A stretch of DNA of 64,000 bases, from the IMG/VR virus record IMGVR_UViG_3300020378_001929, positions 18,531 through 82,530 of that record; one strand, written 5' to 3'. Every line of letters starts with the position of its first letter. The first letter of the stretch is position 1. The notes beneath the pieces were generated by a model. That model did not search any database and was not told where the DNA came from. It saw only the letters and a program-made list of their open reading frames with translations. This document shows, in pieces, positions 54,008 to 62,564 of this stretch. The position numbers were made by a program, and so were the translations under genes. The DNA is from a virus.

Positions 54008-56037
54008 TAGATTGTTATTCTTTCTATCTCATCTGGGGCAGGATTTATGTCTGACACTATTTTTAGAGTTGTGCCATTTTCTTTTAGCCATTTGTACCAT
54101 GGTAAAATAGCTTCTGACGAAACTACCCTTTCGTGGTCTAGGTTATTAACGGATTCTGGGTTCTCAGCTACCTCGTTCTGGTCGATAAAATCTGATTTAT
54201 CGTATTCAGACCCAACCTTGTCATAAAAATGCTGCTGGGCGGCTGAACCTTCTACAAAGCTGTTGTCCCAGCCGACCGTTATCGCCTCTGAGACTCCCAG
54301 GTGCTGTAGTGTATAGAATACAACTTCATACATGATCCCTGGACCATATGGTCTTAACAACGACTGCTTGTCAAATCTCCAAGAATCAAAATCGTGCGAC
54401 TTTGCAATTGACTTTTCATAATCTCTTTCTTGTATGAAAAATTTTAGATCACTTTCACCCAGCTTATAAGGAGAAGTAGATGCTTCTATGACAACTGGTG
54501 CTTTGTTTGAATAATCATAATGTTTAAAATTACCGCAGTTATAAATATGAAAATCCGTTAACTCTTGAAAAAGCTCATAGGACTGCTTTATGGAGATACA
54601 TAAATTTTCAGATAACTCTTCTCTTAGTTTATCTAAATTGTTTTCTGTCAAGGTTGGACCACAGGATAAAACATAAGCTGTTTCTCCGAGAAACAGGTCT
54701 TTTAAAAATGCTATTTTCTCATTTTGTGTTATATTTTTGCCAGAAACCACATTTTTAGCGAACTGTGCCCTTTCCTTAACATTCTGGATTGCAAGTGCTT
54801 GTTCCCTGAGTTTTTCTATATCTTTTTCTTCTGTTATATCCGCTGTCCCAAAAATTGAAATTAAATATTGATCTGTGATCTTTTCACGTGAAAAATTGTT
54901 TAGTATGCTTTCTTTCAGTACTTCGGCGTTACGGCGGAACATATTGTAACTCTTATGTACTTTTCTAAGTTGTGATTTTATGCTCGTTTCTTTTGGGTAT
55001 GCCCACTGACTTTCTTCATGTATGATGTTTTTCCACGAGGCGCCTTTTTGTATCTTCTTTAAGTCAAAATCTATCTTTGCAAAAAGTTTCTTATTTTTGT
55101 TTTTCACCTTTGCAGATAAAAAATCTAAATGCCCGCTCCAGTTGGTGGCGATAACCGGTAAAGCTGAATAGGCTGCCTCAAAAACTGGAAGACCGAAGCC
55201 CTCTCCATGAGTTGTAGTGAAATAAGCTTTAATTTTTGGATGAGTATACAAACTATGAATTTCTGCTTCTGTCATATTTCCATGAACCAGATAAATTTTA
55301 CACTTCTTTTCACCTAGATTACCAATCATAGACTCTAGAACTTTCTTCGTATGCATACGATCCATAATACTGGATCGTCCATGTCCTGTTTTTATGACTA
55401 GACCAACGTTTGCATTGTTTCTAAACTCTTCTACGAAACACTTGATAGTGGCTCCGAGGTTCTTTCTTGGACCAAACATAGCAATAGTAAGAAAATTAAA
55501 ATCTGTCTCTAGTTCCAACTCTAGAGGCACTTCGTCGAACTGCTTGAATGGATAAGGAATCACCTCAACTGGACACCCGCAAGAAAGTTGCGTCTTTGTA
55601 TCATTTTCTTGATTTATAAATTCATATGTGGTGCTGTCAAACACGTCTTTTGCGTGCTTTGATGGTACAATAATTTTATCTATTCCTTGATTGGATTTAA
55701 TAACCCAAGACGGATCTACTCGATCAGTTTCTATCCCTGCTGTAACACATATAGAGTATTGTGCCTTCTTCTCAAATTCATTTGGGATCCCGACATGAAT
55801 TTGCATATCAAATTCTGTATTTTGCTGTTTTTCTTGACATTGGGCAACATAATGTGACAGTTTCTGTATGTCAAATAGCATTTCATCATCTGGGTTTGAC
55901 CAAGTTGTGTTTCCCCACTTTAGTGGGTTCACCATAATCTCCAGATCACTTCTCTTTTTTAATGCACTATAAACTAAACGAGAATGTTCTCCGTAGCCCG
56001 AATTAGTCAATATTGGTGCTTCTAGTAGTATCCTCAT
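54007..56037 (-). CDS. Fusion protein: GT-B/GT4 glycosyltransferase plus C-terminal Maf/DUF115-like domain
   Basis: 676 aa. N-part SGYGEHSR, RKNL, HGEGFGLPVFEA, PVIATNWSGHLDF. C-part AYVLSCGPTL, PGIMYE, HLGVSEAITVGWD, HFY. Confidence 0.8.
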   Translation of the reverse strand: MRILLEAPILTNSGYGEHSRLVYSALKKRSDLEIMVNPLKWGNTTWSNPDDEMLFDIQKLSHYVAQCQEKQQNTEFDMQIHVGIPNEFEKKAQYSICVTAGIETDRVDPSWVIKSNQGIDKIIVPSKHAKDVFDSTTYEFINQENDTKTQLSCGCPVEVIPYPFKQFDEVPLELELETDFNFLTIAMFGPRKNLGATIKCFVEEFRNNANVGLVIKTGHGRSSIMDRMHTKKVLESMIGNLGEKKCKIYLVHGNMTEAEIHSLYTHPKIKAYFTTTHGEGFGLPVFEAAYSALPVIATNWSGHLDFLSAKVKNKNKKLFAKIDFDLKKIQKGASWKNIIHEESQWAYPKETSIKSQLRKVHKSYNMFRRNAEVLKESILNNFSREKITDQYLISIFGTADITEEKDIEKLREQALAIQNVKERAQFAKNVVSGKNITQNEKIAFLKDLFLGETAYVLSCGPTLTENNLDKLREELSENLCISIKQSYELFQELTDFHIYNCGNFKHYDYSNKAPVVIEASTSPYKLGESDLKFFIQERDYEKSIAKSHDFDSWRFDKQSLLRPYGPGIMYEVVFYTLQHLGVSEAITVGWDNSFVEGSAAQQHFYDKVGSEYDKSDFIDQNEVAENPESVNNLDHERVVSSEAILPWYKWLKENGTTLKIVSDINPAPDEIERITI

Positions 56038-56038
56038 A

Positions 56039-57295
56039 TTAAAGCTCTATAGCCTCCCACGTACTGTAACCTTTTCTGTCTTCCCATGATCCAAAGTTAT
56101 CGAAAACATAACTAAATGCCTGATACCAGTTGCCGGCATAGGTTGCCATGCCATAGTTCTTTACAACATGCTCGCGACCGGCTTTGCCCATAGCTTCTCT
56201 TTCGGAAGAATTCATACCGTAAAATTCTACCATAGCTTTAACAAAATCTTCTTTTGAAATTCTGTCTTCATAAATGTAAGGGACATCCTGCGAACCTATT
56301 ATTGCTTTAGAGCAAGGTTCTATTCCAATACCAAACCAATTATCATTGTCATCGGTGACTTGCTCTTGCAAACCTCCAGTCATGTTTACAATAACTGGTG
56401 TCTCACTAGCTAAAGATTCTAAAGTCGATAGCCCGAAACCCTCCGCGTCAGAAATATTGATTGTACAGTCTGCCAAATTATAAAATCTGGCTAATTGTAG
56501 TGGAGGCAATTTTACTGTCGACAGCATTACTTCACCGTTGGTTAGCCCAAGCTCATCAATAATTGCTTCTAGATCTTGTCCATTTTGGTCTTTGGGTTCG
56601 GTATGCATAATCAACATTGCTTTGTCATGCCCTACTTTATCTAAAAATTCTTTAAACCAAAAAATTAGAGTTCCAGATTGTTTTCTTCTGGCATTTCTAT
56701 TGTTCCAAAAGAAGACCATTTTACCATCAGCTTTTGATTGTTTTCTGAACTCCTGCAGGATCTCATCGTCTGGTTCTCTGTTTTTGAAAACCTGAGTATC
56801 AACAGTGTGAGGAATTCGAATACATTTTACGCTCGGGGAAACTGTCCGGACTATATCGTCGGTTACCTTGCTTATTGTACAAACAAGATCATTCGAATCA
56901 TAATACTGCTTATTAAAATTTGGATAAGGATAATTGTCCCAAACATGATAATAGATCATCGGAATATTAGGTCTTATTTCATCCTCCATGTTCCAAAGCC
57001 AAGAGTAAAATCTCGGATCTGTCATAAACCACAAAGCTGATGGTTTGTAAGAGCTGATCATGTTTCTTATGATATCAGGGTTTCCGTAACCATCAACAGG
57101 ATGAATAATAAAATCATCTCCATATGGATCAACTTTCATTGGTCGATAATCATGATGTTTCAAAGCTCCTGCTAAGCATACAAAAGAGAATTCTCCTGTC
57201 CTAAGCATGGCTTCAATCATATATTTTGTCTGGGTTCCTACTCCGGATGGCGCTAGTGGGCTGTCCGCAATAACTAAAATTCTTTTTTTACTCAC
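56039..57295 (-). CDS. GT-B/GT4 glycosyltransferase
   Basis: GTG start at 57295 (GTGA overlap). SGVGTQ, NRNARRKQ, EGFGLSTLESL...PVIVNMTGGLQEQ. Confidence 0.9.
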   Translation of the reverse strand: MSKKRILVIADSPLAPSGVGTQTKYMIEAMLRTGEFSFVCLAGALKHHDYRPMKVDPYGDDFIIHPVDGYGNPDIIRNMISSYKPSALWFMTDPRFYSWLWNMEDEIRPNIPMIYYHVWDNYPYPNFNKQYYDSNDLVCTISKVTDDIVRTVSPSVKCIRIPHTVDTQVFKNREPDDEILQEFRKQSKADGKMVFFWNNRNARRKQSGTLIFWFKEFLDKVGHDKAMLIMHTEPKDQNGQDLEAIIDELGLTNGEVMLSTVKLPPLQLARFYNLADCTINISDAEGFGLSTLESLASETPVIVNMTGGLQEQVTDDNDNWFGIGIEPCSKAIIGSQDVPYIYEDRISKEDFVKAMVEFYGMNSSEREAMGKAGREHVVKNYGMATYAGNWYQAFSYVFDNFGSWEDRKGYSTWEAIEL

Positions 57296-58089
57296 GTGCA
57301 ATTCTCTGTTTTGTAAAATTTACAATATCGACAAGAAAGTCGATTCTTAATGGTTAACTTGTTCTCAATATTTATAACAGTTTTTTGCAGTAAGTTTAAA
57401 CAATTATTTATTTTCTTATCTCCAGATGTTACCCTGAAAATCTCTACCCTATTTTTCTTTGTCGTTCTTTTCAATAAGGCAAAATAAGTTTCAATGTTTT
57501 TTAGATCCAAATTGTGCTTCTTAGCAAAAAAATGTTTATACATCGTTAGTTGGTAGTTAATAATTTTATCGCTTTTCTTTTTTGAATCCCAGCCCCAGCT
57601 ACAAGTTTTCCAATCAATTATATGATATTTTCCATCTGGTGTTTTTATTACTAGATCGATGAACCCTTTAAATTTTTTACCAAAAGATTCGAATGCTTCA
57701 ATATCCTCCATCAGTTCCTCTTCTATAGAGAAAACTTCAAAATCTCCAAAGTATTCCTGCACTGAAGGCATTACTTCTGAACAAATCTCTTTTCCTTGAT
57801 GCTTCATTTCATTTATAAGTTTTTCATTCGGGTTAAAATTGGACGAAATGAGGGAGGCTATTTGGTTATCGAAAGACTCTTCAAAAATATTTACAATATC
57901 TGCTTCGGGGTTTGGCATTTTCTTTTCGCAAGCTTCGTGAACCGCAGTACCAAACGCAGTGTATTCATTACTCGAATAGTATGGTAACTTATCTATATAA
58001 ACAAGCTTATGCCTATAGGGACACTCATTCCAGGTCTTAAACTCTGAATAACTTATTCTTTTAATTTGGGTGTTGGAATTTTGGGACAA
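57292..58089 (-). CDS. PD-(D/E)XK nuclease, Cas4/RecB-like, with Fe-S cysteines
   Basis: 265 aa. ISYSE...CPYR, FGTAVHE, GFIDLV, IIDWKT, QLTMY, C-terminal CRYC......C. Confidence 0.85.
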   Translation of the reverse strand: MSQNSNTQIKRISYSEFKTWNECPYRHKLVYIDKLPYYSSNEYTAFGTAVHEACEKKMPNPEADIVNIFEESFDNQIASLISSNFNPNEKLINEMKHQGKEICSEVMPSVQEYFGDFEVFSIEEELMEDIEAFESFGKKFKGFIDLVIKTPDGKYHIIDWKTCSWGWDSKKKSDKIINYQLTMYKHFFAKKHNLDLKNIETYFALLKRTTKKNRVEIFRVTSGDKKINNCLNLLQKTVINIENKLTIKNRLSCRYCKFYKTENCT

Positions 58090-58107
58090 TTTCTTCTCTT
58101 GTTCTTT

Positions 58108-58431
58108 CTAATCTTGCTTAGCGAGCGCCGACATTCTGCTTCTTATCGATTTCTTTTTTGTACTAGAAGAGCTTCTAGGTTTTCTTGGTTCCTCTTTTTC
58201 TATTTGGAAAAGCCATTCTCCGGAGAGTTGGATTTTATGTCTCTGCGTGTTTCCCACTTTGTGTTTTGGCTCTTTTAATACATTTAAAATTTTATACTTC
58301 TTACTTAATATATCACGTAGATTACTTGTTGTCAATAAAATAATTGAATGTGTTGCAAATTTTCTAATCTTACACTCTACCTCAACGGATAGTTTGTCGC
58401 CATCTAGAGATTCAGTAATACTCTTTATCAT
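58108..58431 (-). CDS. Hypothetical basic protein
   Basis: Open frame filling the gap. ATG 58431 preferred over 58452 to reduce overlap. Lys/Arg-rich C-terminus. Confidence 0.6.
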   Translation of the reverse strand: MIKSITESLDGDKLSVEVECKIRKFATHSIILLTTSNLRDILSKKYKILNVLKEPKHKVGNTQRHKIQLSGEWLFQIEKEEPRKPRSSSSTKKKSIRSRMSALAKQD

Positions 58432-59101
58432 CGTCGAACTCCAATAGGTCATTTAATTTCTTGAATAGTTCTGGACATGTCTTTTTTATGAAATCGTACT
58501 CTCCAAAATAATAAAACGCCTCGAAACCATTTGCAAAGTATTCTCTCAAGGAAGTAATACCGTATGGTGAATAAAACATTGCAGATGACACCATGTTTAA
58601 TAGGGGGTACCCCACCTCTTTATAAAGATATTCATCAAACTCTCGGCTATAGGAGGGATCTAAAAACTCAGATAAGTCAGCTGGTATGTTTTCTGATTTT
58701 AGTATGAGATACAATTTTTTTCTTTTTTCTAAGAACTCTTTTTCAATTTTGTTATCAATATATATTTCTTCGCGATAGTCTTCCTCTACAGCATGAGCAA
58801 TTTCATGAACCAAATCATCGCCCATATCCTCTTCACTGCTTTGATCATTTGTAATAAAAATTGAAGAGTTTTCATACATTGCTTGGATTTCTCTATCATT
58901 TAAGAAATCAAATTCTCCAATATAAATTGAGTCGACATTATTAAAAAAATGATCAGGCAGCTTCTTTTCTACACTTGCTAGCACGCTTAAAAGAGATATA
59001 TCCTTATTTTTTAGAGGGTCTTTCACAAACACCTCTACGCCATTCCAAGTAAAATGGGTCTTGTTTTCTTCTTTGTTTTTTATAATATTTTTTAAACTCA
59101 T
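58412..59101 (-). CDS. Zincin-like metallopeptidase
   Basis: 229 aa. LVHEIAHAVE (HExxH) with downstream Y..TSLREYFANGFE supplying a third-ligand Glu motif. Confidence 0.7.
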   Translation of the reverse strand: MSLKNIIKNKEENKTHFTWNGVEVFVKDPLKNKDISLLSVLASVEKKLPDHFFNNVDSIYIGEFDFLNDREIQAMYENSSIFITNDQSSEEDMGDDLVHEIAHAVEEDYREEIYIDNKIEKEFLEKRKKLYLILKSENIPADLSEFLDPSYSREFDEYLYKEVGYPLLNMVSSAMFYSPYGITSLREYFANGFEAFYYFGEYDFIKKTCPELFKKLNDLLEFDDDKEYY

Positions 59102-59111
59102 TATATTTTAA

Positions 59112-60422
59112 TTACAACTTTAAGGCGGCAATTGTTGCAACTTTCGATCTTTCTCCTCTCATAAGGGTGACATGACCTGTTATATCTTCCTCTTTTAGGC
59201 GTTCTACGACGTATGAGAGTCCATTGTTAGTTGCATCTATATACATGTTGTCAATTTGCTCAATATCGCCTGTAAGGACGATTTTAGTGCCCTCTCCAAC
59301 TCTTGTTAAAACTGTCTTGATTTCATGCTGCGTCATATTTTGTACCTCGTCAATTACAATGAACGCATTAGAGATGGATCTGCCTCGGATAAAAGTCATT
59401 GCTTCAATTTCAATTTGACCTTTTTCTTGGTAAAGTTCCAAGGTTATTTTGTCGTCACCCATCAAAAATTGCAAGTTGTCCTGAATCGGTGCTAACCAAG
59501 GCAACATCTTTTCTTCCAGAGAGCCTGGTAAAAATCCAATGTCTTTACCCACGGGCTCGACAGGTTTAGTGACAACTATTTTTTTATAAGGAGAGTTGGT
59601 ACCAAGCGTCTGCTCAAGTCCGGATGCTAAAGCTAGGAGAGTTTTTCCTGATCCGGCTTTACCTATCAGACTAACCACTGGAATTTTTGGATCCATTAAG
59701 AGGGCTAGGGCAAACTGCTGTTCCTTATTTCTTGGTTTTGTGTTCCATGCCACCATATTCGGGACCTTTTTCAAAGGCACAAAAGAATTTGTAAATTTGC
59801 CTAGAGCTGTTTTCTTGGTGTTAGAATTTGATATTAACATTACAAACTGATTTGCATATAAAGATGAAGAAATTTCTTTATCTAAAAATACCTCCTCTTT
59901 CTCATAGAATTCTTCGATTAATTGGTCATCTACTAAAAGTTCGCACATCCCAGAGTATAATTCTTCTGAGTTTGCCACTACTTGTTCTACTTGATAGTCT
60001 TCTGACAATATACCCAAAGCATCACACTTGACTCTCATGTTGATGTCTCTAGATACCACTATCACTTTTCTTGATTTGTTTTCTTCTATTTCTGATAGTG
60101 CTGTGGCAATGATTTGGTTATCAGCATCTTCAAGATCTAGGTCATCGGGAAGACACAAGGGATTATAACCTTTAACTTTGATAATCCCCTTCCCTTTTTC
60201 GATTCTGACTCCTTTTGCCAAGTTTCCCCTAGATCGGAACTCGTCTAGTTTTCTTATCGTGCTTCTCGCTTGGGTACCAACCGTATCTTGTCTTTTTTTG
60301 TGTTTATCTATCTCATCTAATATTTTAAGAGGTATTAAAATATCATTATTATCAAATGATCTCAGGGACTCTGCATCTGTGAGGTAGACGTTTGTGTCTA
60401 GAACATATGTTTTTTTAGCCAA
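59112..60422 (-). CDS. phoH: PIN-domain + PhoH ATPase (PhoH2/YlaK-type)
   Basis: 436 aa, TTG start. PIN motifs YVLDTNV, EID, ADNQII, VSRDINMRVK. PhoH motifs PRNKEQ, GKAGSGKT, IGFLPG, IRGRS, IDEVQN, TRVGEGTKIVLTGDIEQID. Confidence 0.93.
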   Translation of the reverse strand: MAKKTYVLDTNVYLTDAESLRSFDNNDILIPLKILDEIDKHKKRQDTVGTQARSTIRKLDEFRSRGNLAKGVRIEKGKGIIKVKGYNPLCLPDDLDLEDADNQIIATALSEIEENKSRKVIVVSRDINMRVKCDALGILSEDYQVEQVVANSEELYSGMCELLVDDQLIEEFYEKEEVFLDKEISSSLYANQFVMLISNSNTKKTALGKFTNSFVPLKKVPNMVAWNTKPRNKEQQFALALLMDPKIPVVSLIGKAGSGKTLLALASGLEQTLGTNSPYKKIVVTKPVEPVGKDIGFLPGSLEEKMLPWLAPIQDNLQFLMGDDKITLELYQEKGQIEIEAMTFIRGRSISNAFIVIDEVQNMTQHEIKTVLTRVGEGTKIVLTGDIEQIDNMYIDATNNGLSYVVERLKEEDITGHVTLMRGERSKVATIAALKL

Positions 60423-60695
60423 CTTTTTTTCCTTTTATTAATACCTAACATATTAAATATTACTCATTCATAGTTTATCAAAGGTGTCGGCGCTTTTTCA
60501 TAAGTTATTTGTTGATATTGTTCATAATTTACACTATTGTGAACCTTAAAGGTTATTTCACCACTCTTTTCGGGGGTATTTGTTAGAGGGAACATCGATA
60601 TCAACGCGCAAAAAAAACAATAAAACATTACAATCTCCATTTTTATTCACTTTTGAATTATAAAAAAAATAATTCTTTTTGTATACTTATTTAGT

Positions 60696-61463
60696 ATGAA
60701 CAGAAAAATCCTTTTTTTATTCTCCATTCTTTCCCTAATTTGCGCTTCTTGCTCAATTTCTCAAAAAATAACTAATTTACAAAATCCACCAGTGGATTAT
60801 TTTGTTAAAATTTTTAAAGACTTAGAAGTGACCAGATGTTCAAAAAAAGACAACTCTTGTGAAACTAAAAAGTTTATTTCTACAGGAAGTGGGCTCGTAA
60901 TTAGAATTTCCAGCTTGTTTCAAAATGTAGTTTTGAGTGCTGGACATGTTTGTACAGAAGACGGATTAATCCCAGAAAATGAAAAATATAAGTTTTCTTG
61001 GGTTGAGACAATAAGGGTTTTAGACAGAAATAAAAATTTTCACGATGGGCACGTAATACTTTCCCAACAAGCAAGTGGCAAAGCATCTGATCTATGTTCT
61101 ATATATGTACCCACGCTAGATTATTTTAAATACAAGTCCAACATAAGTATATCCGATTCCAAACCAAAAATTGGGGAAAAAATATATTACATTGGTGCAC
61201 CATTAGGGATTCACCACCCACCAACCGCTTTAATAATTGATGGAATATTTAGTGGAGAAATAGATGAATTTTCCTCATTAACATCACTGAGGGCTGCGCC
61301 GGGGGCAAGTGGCTCGGTGGTATTGTCTAATAGAAATAAAATATATGGAGTTCTTTTTGCTGTGCATCCAAACTTTCAGAGTGCCACAATAATCACAAAT
61401 CACAGTAAAACCAAAGATTTCATACTGAAAACAAAACAAGCACTAATTGCACAGCCTAACTGA
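60696..61463 (+). CDS. Trypsin-like serine protease, probable lipoprotein
   Basis: 255 aa. Signal peptide with lipobox-like LICASC. GSG, SAGHVC (His), DL (Asp), PGASGS (Ser). The only convincing plus-strand gene. Confidence 0.85.
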   Translation: MNRKILFLFSILSLICASCSISQKITNLQNPPVDYFVKIFKDLEVTRCSKKDNSCETKKFISTGSGLVIRISSLFQNVVLSAGHVCTEDGLIPENEKYKFSWVETIRVLDRNKNFHDGHVILSQQASGKASDLCSIYVPTLDYFKYKSNISISDSKPKIGEKIYYIGAPLGIHHPPTALIIDGIFSGEIDEFSSLTSLRAAPGASGSVVLSNRNKIYGVLFAVHPNFQSATIITNHSKTKDFILKTKQALIAQPN

Positions 61464-61767
61464 TTGGGCTATACTTTACATAAACCTTGTACAAGAAACT
61501 GATACCGTCAATGGCGGCGCCGGGTGGGGCAGCTGTTGCTGTAAAATACACATTTTCGACTTGATCATGTTCCATGATGTTTATTAATAGATCTAGTGAC
61601 ATTATATTCACTGTAAACCTGTAAACTCCGGGTCCAAATTTAGCATGTGGAAAGGGCATGTGATTTGTGCATTTTATAAATTTCTCTTTATTGAAAAAAG
61701 GTTCCAATATTTCTAGAGATTGTTCCTCTGTTACATGCTTTACTGTTTTCTTTCTTCTTGTCGCCAT
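61456..61767 (-). CDS. Hypothetical protein
   Basis: 103-aa ORF with SD GAGG, directly downstream of clpP. Confidence 0.7.
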   Translation of the reverse strand: MATRRKKTVKHVTEEQSLEILEPFFNKEKFIKCTNHMPFPHAKFGPGVYRFTVNIMSLDLLINIMEHDQVENVYFTATAAPPGAAIDGISFLYKVYVKYSPIS

Positions 61768-61774
61768 AATAACC

Positions 61775-62428
61775 TCAAATCAACTCATCTACTAGACCAT
61801 ATTCCAAACACTTTTCAGCTTCCCACCAAAGGTCATGCTTTAAAATGTTGTCAAGTTCTTCTTGTGGAATTTTTGTATGTTGTCTATAAATATTCTTTAT
61901 TTTATTCATAAGCATCTCTGAATTTTGCATATCGTCTTGCATTTCTTGAAACTTTCCCCACATTAACCCAGAAAGCTGATGTATCAGCATACAAGAATTT
62001 TTGTGCATATAGCGCCTGGATCCTACAATCGACATCAAAGTGGCAGCTGATGCTGCGCATCCGTCAATAATAGTGTGAACTGGGATTTTAGAGTTCTTTA
62101 TATAATCTACTGCTGACAAACCTGCAAAGACTGATCCACCGTAACTATTGATATGTAATTTAATCGGGGGTGGATCATATTCTAGGGGGGTAGATTTCGA
62201 AATCATATTAAAATTAAGATTAAAAATTCCCTTATTTAATCTCAGTATTTTTGGTCGGGTCACACCCGAATAGAAGTATATTCTATTATGACTAAAGTCA
62301 ACTGCGTTATTATCAGTAGAAGAATGCCCTCTTGATTCCCTAGTAAATTCATGGGGAGTAATCGCGGCGCGTTCCGACTCTGGTGCATCCGAGTCTTCTT
62401 CCTTTGATCCCCAAAATAAATCTCTCAT
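61775..62428 (-). CDS. clpP: ClpP-family serine protease
   Basis: INSYGGSVFAG, GCAASAAT (Ser), MLIHQ (His), HDLWWEAEKCLEYGLVDELI. Start re-called at ATG 62428 with SD AGAGG because the longer start overlaps the tRNA. Confidence 0.9.
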   Translation of the reverse strand: MRDLFWGSKEEDSDAPESERAAITPHEFTRESRGHSSTDNNAVDFSHNRIYFYSGVTRPKILRLNKGIFNLNFNMISKSTPLEYDPPPIKLHINSYGGSVFAGLSAVDYIKNSKIPVHTIIDGCAASAATLMSIVGSRRYMHKNSCMLIHQLSGLMWGKFQEMQDDMQNSEMLMNKIKNIYRQHTKIPQEELDNILKHDLWWEAEKCLEYGLVDELI

Positions 62429-62447
62429 ATTTTTCCTCTTTAATATT

Positions 62448-62524
62448 TGGTGGACCCCCACGGACTTGAACCGTGAACCTGCCGGTTATGAGCCGGATGC
62501 TCTAACCTATTGAGCTAGAGGTCC
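62448..62524 (-). tRNA. tRNA-Ile2 (anticodon CAT, lysidine-dependent AUA decoder) with encoded CCA
   Basis: GGACCTCTAGCTCAATAGGTTAGAGCATCCGGCTCATAACCGGCAGGTTCACGGTTCAAGTCCGTGGGGGTCCACCA folds as a 77-nt cloverleaf: G1-C72, C4-G69, C5-G68, discriminator A73, loop CTCATAA. Adjacent to tilS. Confidence 0.9.
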
Positions 62525-62535
62525 ATAATGGTTCT

Positions 62536-62564
62536 ATTTTACAACTATTTTACATAAAGTTCAA
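62536..62564 (-). promoter_or_regulatory. Possible sigma70-type promoter for the tRNA (TTGAAC-N17-TAAAAT)
   Basis: Overlaps the tilS 3' end. The -10 box ends 11 nt before the mature tRNA 5' end. The region is AT-rich, so a chance match is possible. Confidence 0.4.

Noticed and set aside
57292-58089. CRISPR-Cas system suggested by the Cas4-like nuclease
   Set aside because: No repeat-spacer array or other cas genes are visible, and the intergenic gaps are too short (the longest is ~270 nt, without direct repeats).
60423-60695. ncRNA or intrinsic terminator in the phoH/protease intergenic gap
   Set aside because: Only weak, imperfect inverted repeats are present. The gap is adequately explained as an AT-rich divergent promoter region.
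62429-62461. N-terminal extension of ClpP (MGVHQILKRKN)
   Set aside because: It overlaps the tRNA 3' end. ATG 62428 has a proper SD.
62448-62524. Annotation as tRNA-Met or initiator tRNA-fMet
   Set aside because: Paired G1-C72 and the lack of the three consecutive G-C anticodon-stem pairs exclude the initiator. The acceptor stem and tilS adjacency favour Ile2 over elongator Met.
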